Positions 1 to 11,829 are shown, numbered from the stretch's first letter. The stretch: 64,000 bases of DNA from Perkinsela sp. CCAP 1560/9 (GCA_965644495.1 CBFFSA010000009.1:186001-250000); one strand, 5' to 3'. The notes: generated from the letters alone by a model not told the origin. A program made the numbers and translations.

Positions 1-299
1 CTTTTGCTGAGCACTTCGCGGAGACCAAGGCGCGACAGCGACAAGAAGCAGAAAAAGCAGGACACCTCTTCACAGCGATGGTGGTGGAATCCTTTGGTTC
101 CTGGAGCGAGAGTGCGCTAGCGTTACTCCGGGACATCGGAACCCAACGGGCGAATGCGTCCAAAGGGATCCTTTCACGAGACCAAGCGCGAAACGATCTC
201 CTAACGGATCTGAACGTGACGCTAATGCGTTCTCAAGTCAGGATGATGGTTTCGCGCATCCGCGTAGAGGACCCAGCGGATCCTTTGGTAGAGGCTTAA
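1..299 (+). mobile_element. 3' end of CRE-clade non-LTR retrotransposon ORF (restriction-like endonuclease C-terminus); GC-rich 3' UTR continues 300-417 and probably 5258-5443
   Basis: GHLFTAMVVESFGSWSESALALL...LNVTLMRSQVRMM matches the CRE RLE tail and is homologous to 48863-49171. Confidence 0.75.
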
Positions 300-743
300 G
301 CCTCTACTGAAAGCCCAGTTTCAGCACGAAGACGCCATAATATCCAGGACGGGTGCTGGTCGGGTCGAAAGAGTCTATGCTCCCGCCTAGCTCGCGAGGG
401 CTAGGTACCCCAAGTGAACCAACCAACCAACACTGAGATGTTAGCCCAGTTAAAGGTTTCAAAAATTTCCCCTAAATATTTCCACCTTCAAAATATCAAC
501 ACAGAACACACTTACAGAAAATTTTTCAAAAACAAACAGACTTTCAATTTCAAGCCTCCTAATCAATCGATCTCTAAGAACCATTAGTACTTATCTTTTG
601 AACACTATAAGACAAATCACCGTCGCAATCACGTCAGCGAACGTAATTCTTTAATTCACCAAATCTGATGGTAATGAACTTAAATATAACAGAAGCATAG
701 GCTCCAATAGCATCTCTCAAATCGGAAAGTTAATGTCATAAGG

Positions 744-1328
744 CTAATTCTCCCGCTTATTTCCATGCTTTTTTACATCAATTATACTCTTGTCTTTCCC
801 TTTAGCTGTAAAACAAGGTTTTTTCTTTGATGTCCTTTTCACTCGCTTTTGTGACTCCTTTTCATTTTCTGGTTCACTCTTTGTCTGGGATGATGATAAG
901 TCCAAACTTGTATCTTTTAGACGCTTCATTTGAGGTTTATTTCGTTTCACCTCAATGCTTACGTTCGAATTGGTTATCTGTGGGGGGCTGGAAATTAAGT
1001 TGATACCCTTTGTCTTCTTATGTAAAGAAGCTTTGCGTATGGGAGATTTCGTCCTCTTTTGATTTATTCGAATGCTCCGTTCGGGTTGTTTCGTTGAACG
1101 TGAATCGTTTGAGTTTTCCGACAAAGGGGGCCCCGTAGATACAGGTACTGCTCTTTGGTTTGTGCCTTTTCTAGTCCTCTGAGTTTTAAGACATCTTGAG
1201 GTATTATTTTGCTCTGATTTCCTCTTTGCATTGCCGTGCAATATATCCCCGTAGTATTTTATAGCTAGTTCATTTCCTTCCAGCTTGCACGCCTTTTTGG
1301 CTAAATAATCTGCGGTATCGTTGTACAT
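744..1328 (-). pseudogene. RNase H C-terminus plus long basic tail of the retrotransposon ORF
   Basis: NDTADYLAKKA is the terminal RNase H motif; K/R/S-rich remainder. Confidence 0.7.
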
Positions 1329-2892
1329 ACATTTTCATACATTGCTGTATCGTTGGGCATACATTTTCATTGTGTGATTTGACCTTGATACAGTAGAATT
1401 TTTTAGTATGTTTTGTACTGTAGTAAGCGTTTTGAAGGGATCGCATTGCTTCGCACCCTTTGAATGAGCGGAACCCAATGAGCCGATACCGATGCACAGT
1501 TTCGTGGAAGAAATCCCATACGTACTCTGAATCCGTGTGTTGAACGAGTGTTTTGAAAATTTGAAATTTGCAATGAGAGGAGATAGAGGACTTCCATATG
1601 GCGCGAAGCTTGTGCATTACACCCCATTCTAGTCGCAGTCTTTCCTTGGGGGACGTACAGGTATCCTCGGTGTTCTGTGTGCCGCCAAGATATCTGTACT
1701 TTTGTACTCTAGGAATTTCCCCTAATCCGTCTATTTCTAGGGCGGTATTATCATCCTTCACCTTTCCAAGTGTCATCCAAGCCGTTTTCTGTGGACCAAC
1801 ATTGATTTTAAGGTTTGCCTTTTCTGCTGAAGCACATAAATTGGTAAGCATGATTTTTAATTCAGGTTTCGTTGAAGCAAACAATACAATATCATCCGCG
1901 TAATCAATGTCAGAAATTCTCAGTTCTTTGAGTCCTCGACTTTTTGTCCCGGATGTGTGCGTTACCAGCCCGAGCTTGTTCATGTCAATCGCCTCTACCA
2001 AAATTCGGTCCAGAACCATAACAAATAAGTAAGGAGCTAGAACATCTCCTTGAAGAGTGCCGCTTACAATAGGAAAATCTTCCGTTGTTCCGTAAGGGGT
2101 CCGTACATGAGATCGAAGATTTTTGTAAATGGACATCACAGCTGCACTCAGCTTTGGAGGTATATCAAAAGCTCGGAGAGCCTCTTTTATGGAGTCGAAC
2201 GATATTGATGGAAAGGCTTGCTTGAAGTCTACGAAACATGCGTACACGCCTGTTCCTCTGTGCGATTTGCTTGCAATCTCCATAAATGTTGCCTGCGCGC
2301 CTGCTGTAGATCGATTCGGGCGGAAACCAAATTGGTTCCCACGGAGAGACTTCTCTACTGCTGGTTGGATGCGGTTTAGGATCATTCTGTTCAACACTTT
2401 AACCACATGGTTGACAAGGCATATTAGTCTCCAATTTCCCAGTGATTGCAAGTTTCCCTTTTTTGGCAGCGGTACCTGTAATATGGACTTCCAAGATTGT
2501 TCCGCGTTCCCAGTTTCATGAACATCGTTCATTATATCAAGCAAAACAGTTCTCAACTCGCTGTCATCTGAAATTGCTCTGAGCGCCTCGATAGGTATGC
2601 TATCACCCCCAGGAGCTTTTCCCGATTTGACCATTTGAAGAGCTGAAGACAATTTTTCTGGGCGAAATTTTCCGTCGTCAATCTGTTCTAAGCGTTTCGG
2701 TGCCGTTGGAAACCGAATGGTGCCTTTTTCAGCCACTGTCTCGTGTCCGACTTTCGAAAAATGATTTCTAACTGCTTCGAGACTTTCTTTGGAAGTTCTC
2801 CCAAATATTGCAAATTCACTTCTATTATCCCCAACAATATTTCGTATGGTTCTATACGCTGATTTAGGCGCCGATTTTAGTTCCTTTTCCAA
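1270..2892 (-). pseudogene. Retrotransposon reverse transcriptase fused by deletion to part of RNase H
   Basis: GKAPGGD, PKKG, QFGFR, FVDFKQAF, LQGDVLAPYLF, YADD, YRYLG; then TDSEY and KVKSH. Confidence 0.9.
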
Positions 2893-2925
2893 AATTTCAC
2901 ACTCAGTTAAAATAGATGTCTCGAT

Positions 2926-3480
2926 TCAATCAGAAAGTATCTTAGTCGCATGTTTAAATTCACTTTTGCTGGCAACTACTTTCATAATCTTCTTTAAGTT
3001 CAACACATCTGGGTCAATTTCCGAAAGAACCGCATTGTCCGCATTTTTGGGAAGCCTTTTTGGAAGAGTATTTGAGGTGGAATGGATTGCCTCGGCTAGT
3101 TTTTCCCAACTTACTTTGATGTTTTCGACTTCAAGATGAGGAGTAGTTGCAGTTTCAGTTTCGTTTGTTGAACGTATTCTTTTCGGAGCATGTTTCAGGG
3201 CTTTCTTAACTCCGGTTGCAAAATTGCTCTTAATGTCATCATTCCTAAGCGCAGACCAGAAGGGCGGCTGTAGTTTCTTTTCTTGTTTTTTCCAACGAAA
3301 ATTAAAGTTTGAAGATAGTACGCAGTGTCTGGTTGGAATAGGGGGGATGCAAACCTTTTGTTTACGTATCGACGAGAAAAATCGACGATTTACGATTATA
3401 TGATCTAGTTGTTTTGTCAAACCTTCTGGATATTTTTTGGACTTTGGAAGCGATATGTCAACTTGCGCCGCGCACAGCAT
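2926..3480 (-). pseudogene. Retrotransposon ORF part 2: end of APE domain and linker
   Basis: KQLDHIIVNRRF...TRHCVL is the APE C-terminal signature. Confidence 0.75.
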
Positions 3481-4352
3481 CCTTCATGTGCAGACTGGGC
3501 GCCCATTGAATGCAACAAACTGCGTAGCGCCTTAGTCCGCTTAGTGCGGCATTTCCAGCCTCGTACTGTAAGAAGAGGTGCATTTAAATCTCCGCAAATG
3601 ATTTTCACAGGGCTTTTATCATCATACCAGGCATCAAACAAATTTTCATCAAAGGTACCTTGGATCGATGTGTTAGCTGTTGCAGTGGGGGAGTACACAT
3701 TGAACAAGCATGCCTTGGTATTCTCCAGAAGAAGGTTAGTCTTCATTATTCGATCACTAACTTTCTCAACATTGAGAGGGTATCTGCTGATTATTGCCAT
3801 TCCGTTGTATCCGTTAACAGCACTCATCAGATAAAGGTGAATAAGAATTCCGTTAAGAAAGAGCTTACGATGTAAGATGGGATCGTCACCTTGGAACGTC
3901 AGCCTCGTTTCCTGCAGATTCATAATGTCAGCACATTGACTCTTCATGAAGCCTACGATCTGATGTAGTCTAATTAACTTTCTGAACGTAAATGTATCCG
4001 TTGCCTTTACCTTTAGGGTATCAACATTTAGAGTACTAATCGTGAACCCCCCTCTCATAGCGCTCATCTTGGGCTGCTCTCGGTAGCCACCTCGAGAACA
4101 GTATTTGCGTTTCTTGTTTTTCTTTTCCTTTCTCGCTTTCCCTAAAAACCCAACTCTACCACCTGATACAAGTATCCGGGGATCTTTCGGAGGAAAGAGA
4201 AACAGACGATCTTTTATTACATCGTACTTAACAAGGCGGGTACCATCATCAAGAACAGATATAACAACCCCCTCCCATAACCTCGTACGTTCATCATACG
4301 ACTTGCACCAAGTAATAGCGAAACGTTTAGTAGGGACCATAAGATTGGTCAT
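3417..4352 (-). pseudogene. Retrotransposon ORF part 1: Tudor-like N-terminus plus APE endonuclease
   Basis: TLNV, LQETR, VYSPT, ICGDLNA motifs; LDHI/RH follow after a frameshift. Confidence 0.85.
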
Positions 4353-4514
4353 TCGAAACAGGGCACGCGGTCGGAGTTTGGCTACTCCCCATTCCCTCTA
4401 CGGGGGCAAGAACAGGTTTCCTCGACAACACGTGGACGATCGAAGTCTTTGTTTGACCGCCAACAAAGCCCCGAACGGTCCGAACGCCTCCGGCCATTCT
4501 TTATTAAAATGCAT

Positions 4515-5249
4515 TAATAAAAAGCGTTGTCTTAATAAAAATCGCTGTCTTAATAAAAAACGTTGTCTTAATAAAAAACGTTGTCTTAATAAAAAACGTT
4601 GTCTTAATAAAAAACGTTGTCTTAATAAAAAACGTTGTCTTTAATAAAAAACGTTGTCTTTAATAAAAAACGTTGTCTTAATAAAAAACGTTGTCTTAAT
4701 AAAAAACGTTGTCTTAATAAAAAACGTTGTCTTAATAAAAAACGTTGTCTTTAATAAAAAACGTTGTCTTTAATAAAAAACGTTGTCTTTAATAAAAAGC
4801 GTTGTCTTTAATAAAAGACGTTGTCATTTAATAAAAGACGTTGTCATTTAATAAAAAACGTTGTCTTTAATAAAAAACGTTGTCTTAAATAAAAAACGTT
4901 GTCTTAATAAAAAACGTTGTCTTTAATAAAAAACGTTGTCTTAATAAAAAACGTTGTCTTAATAAAAAACGTTGTCTTAATAAAAAACGTTGTCTTAATA
5001 AAAAACGTTGTCTTTAATAAAAAACGTTGTCTTTAATAAAAAACGTTGTCTTTAATAAAAAGCGTTGTCTTTAATAAAAGACGTTGTCATTTAATAAAAG
5101 ACGTTGTCATTTAATAAAAAACGTTGTCTTTAATAAAAAACGTTGTCTTTAATAAAAAACGTTGTCTTAATAAAAAACGTTGTCTTAATAAAAAACGTTG
5201 TCTTAATAAAAAACGTTGTCTTAATAAAAAACGTTGTCTTAATAAAAAA
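4515..5249. repeat. Minisatellite (TAATAAAAAACGTTGTCT[T])n, 18-19 bp unit, about 40 copies
   Basis: Directly visible; a variant block (AAAGACGTTGTCATTT) recurs about 263 bp apart. Confidence 0.98.
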
Positions 5250-5655
5250 CCAAGTGAGGTAGTACACGGGTAGTGAATCTCCTCCCCGTCGGCCAGCATC
5301 CTGTTTCGCGACCGTGTCGCTGTCGACACCGGCCCGCGCCTGCGCCCTCCCATATAACAAGGGAAGGGTTCACAAGTCAGGCCGTGGAGAGGTCGAAAGA
5401 CCCGGCCCGGAACGCGCGAATGGATTGGGCGTGGATTGCTTCCTTTTTTATTATTAGTATTATCAAAATTATAAATAACTTAAGGCAGGTTGAATTACTA
5501 GTTTTGGGCTACAACATGTGAAATTGCTAATTTGATTGCTTGTTTACAAATCATATACCCCCACCAATGGACCTACTTGGTTCGTCTACTGGGTAAAAAT
5601 ATAGAGGCAATGCCGCGTTTTATACTTCTCCCCCCCCATTTATCGCAAAAAAAAA

Positions 5656-6150
5656 CGGGACGGTCCTCCGAGTACTGGGCCTAGCCGGTTATCAGCCCAG
5701 CCTCTTAGAGTGAGGCCGCCGGGAATATTGCGATGAGCGGGTTTGAACTCGCCGTCTGAGCACCATTTGCTTCAAACTTTGAATTCTTGACACTCCGCAT
5801 CCTCCCACTGGGAGGATTCCGCCACAAAAAAAACCATCCAAATCATTCCGGATTGCTCTGGATAGCCACTGGCAAGCCAGACCCTTCACAGACAGATTTG
5901 GAAGTTCCGAGGCCGACGTCCTCTACCAGTTTCCGCTTGTCCAAGGCGGCACCAACGTGCTGTTGCCAACACGCTGCGTCAACGAACTGTACGTCAACAC
6001 GGCTTACCCAAGAGGTGTAAGCCGGGCAAGGGAGCTGGTTCCCTGAGGGGAGGGTCCGGGACGGTCCTCCGAGTACTGGGCATAGTCGGTTCTCAGCCCA
6101 GCCTCTTAGAGTGAGGCCGCCGGGAATATTGCGATGAGCGGGTTTGAACT
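5656..6150. repeat. 94-bp direct repeats (5656-5749, 6057-6150) bounding a hairpin-rich GC segment
   Basis: Repeats identical except for 3 substitutions; 401-bp period. Confidence 0.85.
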
Positions 6151-6534
6151 TAAAAATTTCGTAATTTTTCAAAAAACTTTAGAAAAAAGCAAGAACGTTC
6201 TAAGTCTTCCCTTCTAGAAATGGAAGGTAATATAAAAGGAAAGACAGGAAAACTGGATGAGCCGCGCCGGTTTTATCCCTCCCCTTGGTGGACGGTACTT
6301 AGATTTTACCATAATTTTACAAAACCTGTTCTCAAAAATTAACTTCTCAAACTAGCGTTTTCAAATTCTTAAAACAGGCTAAAAACCCAGGAACGCACAG
6401 GTCTCAAAATTGTGAACGGAAAAGTGGTGCTGCAATCCACATGAGTCTCCGCACGCGAAAAAAAAGGGGGGGTGCCTTATCCTTGTTAAGGGGTTTAAAG
6501 GGGGGGGTCACAGAAAGTGTATTTTGGAATTCAC

Positions 6535-6905
6535 AATGGGTTATTGTGCCCCCCTGCACAATAACTGGCTCTAGGCACAATAACTAAATATTGGAAAAAC
6601 CAAAAAAGGGTAAAAACAAATTTGGCGCCATTTCGCGGCGCCTTTTTTTATGGACAAACATGTCCATGCGCAGAATTTGTTCTATTTAAGGAATGCGTTG
6701 TTGAACAAACAAAGCCAATTTCGAGAAAATGTAATAAAACCCCCCAAAACAATATGGCGCCGCTTCTTGTTTGGGGGAGGTACAATAATAGCGGTCGTTT
6801 CCACTTATTGTGCCCCCCCCCCCCTGCACAATAAGTAGCTATAAGCACATTAACCCGGAACAAAAGCAAGCGTTCCCACTTATTGTACCCCCCGGTACAA
6901 TAGCG
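6535..6905. repeat. Three TTATTGTG(C)nTGCACAATAA-type hairpin repeats, probable DNA-transposon remnant
   Basis: Copies near 6541, 6805 and 6879. Confidence 0.5.
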
Positions 6906-7109
6906 AGCTACAGGTACATTAAACCGGACTGGGGGTTGTTTCTGTAATCATAATCTAACGTTTTGAATGTTGGTGGCTCCGTTAGAGCTACGCTTACACA
7001 AGAAGAATAATAGCAGATAGTAGAAGAGAGTAAAACTTGCGCCGAGTAAAACTTTTTTCCCAGAGTTTCTTCAAAATTTGCACCCCCCTATTTAATTGTC
7101 CCGAAAAGC

Positions 7110-7320
7110 GGTGAAAACTGAAAAAGAAAATTAAAAAACATGGGGGATCCAGGGGGGGCATACGTCGCGATTTTGTTTTCAAAATCGAGCGCAGGAGCAT
7201 GCCGCAGCGATAATTTTCCACCCCCCCCCCCACCTGGGGGTGACCCCCCCGGTATGCGCAGGAGGGGTCCGACAAGTTCAAAAATTCCGAAACTTTTTGG
7301 GGTGACCAAAAAAAGTAAGA
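7110..7320 (-). mobile_element. Internal fragment of the Helentron-like (HINE) repeat family
   Basis: Similar to the reverse complement of 19980-20160 and to 31800-32040. Confidence 0.5.
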
Positions 7321-7596
7321 ATATGATTTTTCAAAAATCGACTCCTAAGACGTATTTTAAGAGTAAGGACGTCAGCTACCATTCCACGACGTTTTTTTCG
7401 ACAGATGCGCCTCCCACCCCTACCGGAAAGGCATCGAATATCGCCCACAACGAGGCGAGCTTGAATCTTGCTACGGTTGAAATGGGATTATGGTTTGGAT
7501 GGGTGTGGGACTCAAACACGGTTTCCATCTCCACATTTTCCTTCCCGCGATTCAGAAGTCCAGAAATTCACTTGAAACTAACAACATCCAAGCAAT

Positions 7597-8493
7597 CTAA
7601 AAATCAACATCCAGGTTTCGAATACACGTATTGTAGTACTTGAATCCATCACGCAAGCGAAGTGGTAATTCGTCTTCGTGGAATTTGCCGTGAAGCTCCT
7701 TGTTCTCAAATAACCACAAATACTCCATGTTCGTTGGGAGACAATCAAAGGCAACTGAACCACAAAATTGATTCTTCTGTAAGTATAATTGTTCTAGTGC
7801 AGATGACAAATTTCTTAGATCTGGAGTTCCTGTAAACTGATTGCGACCCAAGGAAATATGTTTCTGATGCGGAGCTAATTGTGTCAGATCCAGCTCGCCA
7901 TATAACGCGTTTTCGTGAATCGAAAACTCATCCAGGGGTTCCGGCAGACAGGTGAGATCAAGCCTTCCTGTAAAATCGTTCCTGTGCAACACAAGCTGAA
8001 CTAATTGTCGAGGAAGATCTTGTAGATGCAACTCCTCTGTGAGCACATTATTGTGAAGGTCCAAGCACGTCAAATTCCGAGGCAGGACGTCGAGCGGTAG
8101 TTTTCCCCCGAGTCGGTTGCTGTTCGCAAAAAAGCCTATAAGTGTCTGTGGCAAATATTCCCATTGCGGCGTACCACATAGTTTTCGGTTATCCCACATG
8201 ATAGCGATGATTTTATCGGTACCAGCGCACTCCACACCTTTCCACTCACACGCAGGCAATGATGGATTTCCAAATACGGAAGGTCCAGATTCCATGCCAG
8301 AGGTAATGTTTGTAAGAAATCGAGCTAACTCATACTCCTGTGGCAGGGTAGCGCCTCGTACTTTGGATGTACGCGAGGGGTACATGGCAGTGTCTGAAGC
8401 AGATTGCTTTTGCCGCTTGCATGGCGGTTCATTAGCATCGGACATAATTATCGTAAATTTCATAAAGGGAAAATATAAAAGGAGGCGCAGCAT
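7597..8493 (-). CDS. Leucine-rich repeat protein with NLS-like PPCKRQK
   Basis: LPQEY, CEWKGVEC cap, about 7 LxxLxLxxNxLxG repeats; first ATG at 8493 (alternatives 8463, 8445). Confidence 0.9.
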   Translation of the reverse strand: MLRLLLYFPFMKFTIIMSDANEPPCKRQKQSASDTAMYPSRTSKVRGATLPQEYELARFLTNITSGMESGPSVFGNPSLPACEWKGVECAGTDKIIAIMWDNRKLCGTPQWEYLPQTLIGFFANSNRLGGKLPLDVLPRNLTCLDLHNNVLTEELHLQDLPRQLVQLVLHRNDFTGRLDLTCLPEPLDEFSIHENALYGELDLTQLAPHQKHISLGRNQFTGTPDLRNLSSALEQLYLQKNQFCGSVAFDCLPTNMEYLWLFENKELHGKFHEDELPLRLRDGFKYYNTCIRNLDVDF

Positions 8494-9066
8494 GACATGC
8501 AATGTACAGTAATATACCGTCACCGCCCCCTTATTTGGCGCCCACTTTGTGGTGAAGTAAGGGGGCGGTGAAGTTAACGGGGTGGATATGTTGCGTGAGG
8601 GGTGAGTGATTCAAAGTTCGATAATTTTATAGTTTTCTCGAGAATTCTCAAAGTATTGAAGAATACTATGCTATCGACATTGAGCATAATTTTCTTTTCT
8701 TGCGTGTGCTCTGTGAGAGGATCATAGTTGCCCACCAGGTGCATAACAGAATCTATTCCTTTTCTACGCCTTTGTATTATTAGAACAGGATCTTTTCTGG
8801 GTCACTAAATTCATAAAAAACGCAGTTTTTTCGAACGAGTGAAAGAGTAAAAGTTGTATTTCGAAATATCAAGGTTTTTTAGAAGTTTGTAAAGCAATTA
8901 AAAATGCGGGAAACGCATTATCACATGACGCGTAACTTTGCGAAAGCTTTCGAATGCGGTGCTACTTTCTAAAATTGGGCAAGTTTTGCAAAATTTAGAC
9001 CCCCCTATATTTTCTTGCACCCCCTGTATGTTCGGCACGGTATATAATATACCGTTATTCAATATA

Positions 9067-9395
9067 CTGTACCCCCCGTTTATAATAGCCTCGCTTTGGC
9101 CCAAATGAACCTAAAAAGGGGGGGGGTGCGATTAAAAGATGGCACGTAAATTGCCCTACATTTTGTAGCGAGGATTAAGGAATTATTCAATCGCTAAGTG
9201 GGCCCCAGCGATCTGCCAAAGTAAAATGACCAGCACGACCCCGCGCCATACCTCGAAGAACCATCTGAAAACAAATATCAAAATATTTGTGACGGCGCAA
9301 GAAATTAAAAGAAAATCTTCATCGGTTTGCCCAAAAAAAAAAGAACCTATAAAGAGGGGGAGGGGTCGAGGTTATTATAAACGGGGGGGTTACAG
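9067..9395. mobile_element. MITE, Tc1/mariner-pogo type
   Basis: ~28-bp TIR CTGTA(A)CCCCCCGTTTATAATA(G/A)CCTCG, TA on both sides. Confidence 0.8.
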
Positions 9396-9520
9396 TAATA
9401 TTAAAAAAAAAACGATATTTTACTATACTGTAGTCTTCGCGAACATTGTAAAGAATTTACTTTCGTGAAGGGGAGGGGAAGGTATGACCAACAGTATGAA
9501 CGTTTGATAACTTGATAAAC

Positions 9521-10432
9521 TCATTGAGAATTAGGCCGCTGAGGTTGCAAAATGAATGATGCGGAGGCTGTGCTAACCAAGCTTGGGCCAAGCTTGTCCG
9601 CAAGGTGAATTCGATTATAGTATAGAGTCAGTGACCATCTAGGTACCTGGGACGGAAAAATGACATCTGTCAATTGGTTGTGATCAAGAAAAATCTCTAA
9701 GAGATCGACAGGGAGAGAGGAAAGATCAACGCAACCTTCAAACATATTATGGTCCAATTGCAAGTGAACCAGCGTCCGGGGCAGTTGAGTAAGATTGAGC
9801 GACCCGGTGAAACAATTGTTGCCAAAATTCGCGGAACGTAGCACGGTGGGAAGGTGGGAAAGATCAAGTTCGCCACTCATTAAATTTTGTACCATAATAA
9901 TTCGAACCAGGGTATTCGGGAGCGACTCCAAGAAAGCGTGTCCCGTGTACCTGTTGCAACCGACATTGAAATACTCCAGTTTTGGTGGAAGCTGCTCTAG
10001 TGCAAGCGTGCCATCCATCAGATTAGTACCCAAGTTGAGCAAATGAAGTTCTGTGGGAAGAGCGCCCAGGTCAACTGAGCCCAACAACAGATTCTGAGAG
10101 ACATCCACAATTCGAGAGCTCGACGGGACGCAGCCAAAGCTTAAGTTACCCTCCAGTTTCATCTCGCTAAAGTTAATGCTGCGGACCTGTTTTTGAGAGT
10201 TACATTCGATGCCTTCCCAAGAACACACCGAAACTTCTTGTTTCCAGAATCCCAACCACAACATTGTGGTTCTCCAGGAAGAGTGAGGGTTTCTCACATG
10301 GGCGACAAATCTCTGAATTTGCAGTTCTTGAGGAAGAAGTGCGGAGGCCACACGGCCGCGATGGATGCCCCTAGGGGAGTCGGAACCGTGTAATTTAACA
10401 CAAAGAGGAAACAACGGCCACGAGACGTGCAT
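9521..10432 (-). CDS. Leucine-rich repeat protein
   Basis: CSWEGIEC cap, about 8 LRRs; first ATG at 10432 (ORF open to 10528). Confidence 0.9.
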   Translation of the reverse strand: MHVSWPLFPLCVKLHGSDSPRGIHRGRVASALLPQELQIQRFVAHVRNPHSSWRTTMLWLGFWKQEVSVCSWEGIECNSQKQVRSINFSEMKLEGNLSFGCVPSSSRIVDVSQNLLLGSVDLGALPTELHLLNLGTNLMDGTLALEQLPPKLEYFNVGCNRYTGHAFLESLPNTLVRIIMVQNLMSGELDLSHLPTVLRSANFGNNCFTGSLNLTQLPRTLVHLQLDHNMFEGCVDLSSLPVDLLEIFLDHNQLTDVIFPSQVPRWSLTLYYNRIHLADKLGPSLVSTASASFILQPQRPNSQ

Positions 10433-10755
10433 TAGCAAATAGAAAGAGATAAACGAATTACAAAGCTTAACGATTAAACGTTTTTTAGGCACATTCTTTA
10501 TAATAAACGTAACAGAGAATCTCTTCACACGAAGCGCCAGATGTGTAAATTGTCTATTATTCTATTTTCAAATCTTGTTCTATTTCAAAAGTATTTTCCA
10601 TGTTTCTAATACATTTATCCTCCAACTTGTTTCTAAATTATATCTTTCTTTCTAAAGGTACATCGCGCTTTATAAGACATTTATTGAAATAAATTAGTTT
10701 TTAGTTGTAGTGGTGAACAACGCGTAGTACACTTTACATAATGTGCGCACGAAAT

Positions 10756-11661
10756 TTATCGCGTGCAATGGTTCTCTAGTTTAATCTGTGTGTTGTGTAT
10801 ACTTAACCCGGACCGTTGCAGAATGAAAGGCAGTTGTGATCTTGCTATATTGCTACATAACTCCTCATTATCTGATAAATTCAAATTCGTCAATGAAGAT
10901 GGAAGGTTCGTCAAGTCGAGAGGACCAGAAAACAAATTGCGCGACAAATCAAGTTCAGAAATCCATAAAGGAAGTTGTCGGAGATCGAGCTCGCCGGACA
11001 ATTGATTTCCTGATAGGTGTATACCCCAAATTCTAGGAAGCGAAGTTAAATCAATTGACCCGGTAAGAAGATTTTCGCTAAGGTTTACACTATGCATATC
11101 AACCGGCAGACTCGTCAAACATACAGTTCCATTGAATCTGTTATTATTCAAAGTTAAATCTTCGAAACATTGCGGAAGAGAAGTTAAATCTAACCCCCCT
11201 TCGAACCGATTTTCGTACAGAATCAGATCTTCTAATTCCGAAGGCAAGGGCGTGAGCGGCATGGTCCCTTCCAGCGCGTTCTGATGGGCATCAAAAACTT
11301 GGAGAGTATGTGAAAGATAATTCAAGTTCATTTTTCCTGCCAAGTGCATTCCACCCCATTTCACGCGGCTGATTTCTTCCCGCTCGTTACAAGTGACACC
11401 TGTCCACCGACACGCTGGGATGTGATCACTCCACCATTTGGGTAATTCTGCAGTATTAGATTCGTAGACTTCGGCGACAAGCCGTGCGAGTTGGTACTCC
11501 TGAGGTAAATTCGTGTAACTTACTTTGGCGAGACGCGATCGCCTATTTGCGGTTTGGCCTTCCGAATAGGTGTTCGAAAATAATGAAGGTTCGACTTTAC
11601 GGCGTTTAAAAGACGGTACCTGAATATCCGAACATGAAAACCGTGCGAGCATGTGTAGCAT
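10756..11661 (-). CDS. Leucine-rich repeat protein, subfamily A (KRRKV NLS-like)
   Basis: CRWTGVTC cap, LDLTSLP repeats, paralog of 11830/26201/59891. Confidence 0.92.
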   Translation of the reverse strand: MLHMLARFSCSDIQVPSFKRRKVEPSLFSNTYSEGQTANRRSRLAKVSYTNLPQEYQLARLVAEVYESNTAELPKWWSDHIPACRWTGVTCNEREEISRVKWGGMHLAGKMNLNYLSHTLQVFDAHQNALEGTMPLTPLPSELEDLILYENRFEGGLDLTSLPQCFEDLTLNNNRFNGTVCLTSLPVDMHSVNLSENLLTGSIDLTSLPRIWGIHLSGNQLSGELDLRQLPLWISELDLSRNLFSGPLDLTNLPSSLTNLNLSDNEELCSNIARSQLPFILQRSGLSIHNTQIKLENHCTR

Positions 11662-11829
11662 TACAAAGTAGAAAATGCTTTTTTAATAGAAATTCTATCT
11701 TTAAATTGCAGTTTTCGGACATTGCTTTTGATCTGTTATACATATTATATAGTGATGTTAAGCGAAAAAAATTAATCAAGGGCGTACAACACGTTATACA
11801 CTTTTTTCTGCACCTTTATTTTACTTGAT

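Larger units (their letters stand above)
418..5249 (-). mobile_element. Non-LTR retrotransposon (APE-RT-RNase H, RTE/Ingi-like), frameshifted and internally deleted
   Basis: CCAAGTGA duplicated at 410-417 and 5250-5257 (TSD); (TTGG)n 3' tail at 418-431; APE, RT and RNase H motifs in order on the minus strand. Confidence 0.85.

Noticed and set aside
1270-2892. RT plus variable LRR genes as a diversity-generating retroelement
   Set aside because: The RTs are non-LTR types, there is no template/variable repeat pair, and I see no adenine-specific variation
4515-5249. CRISPR-like array, or ORFs with CLNKKR / FFIKTT repeats
   Set aside because: Head-to-tail repeats with no unique spacers and no cas genes; the ORFs are by-products of the satellite
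5675-5765. Twister-like GGTTATCAGCCC and tRNA-like B box (GAGTTCAAACCC, minus strand)
   Set aside because: Twister UAA and pseudoknot partners are absent; no cloverleaf can be drawn
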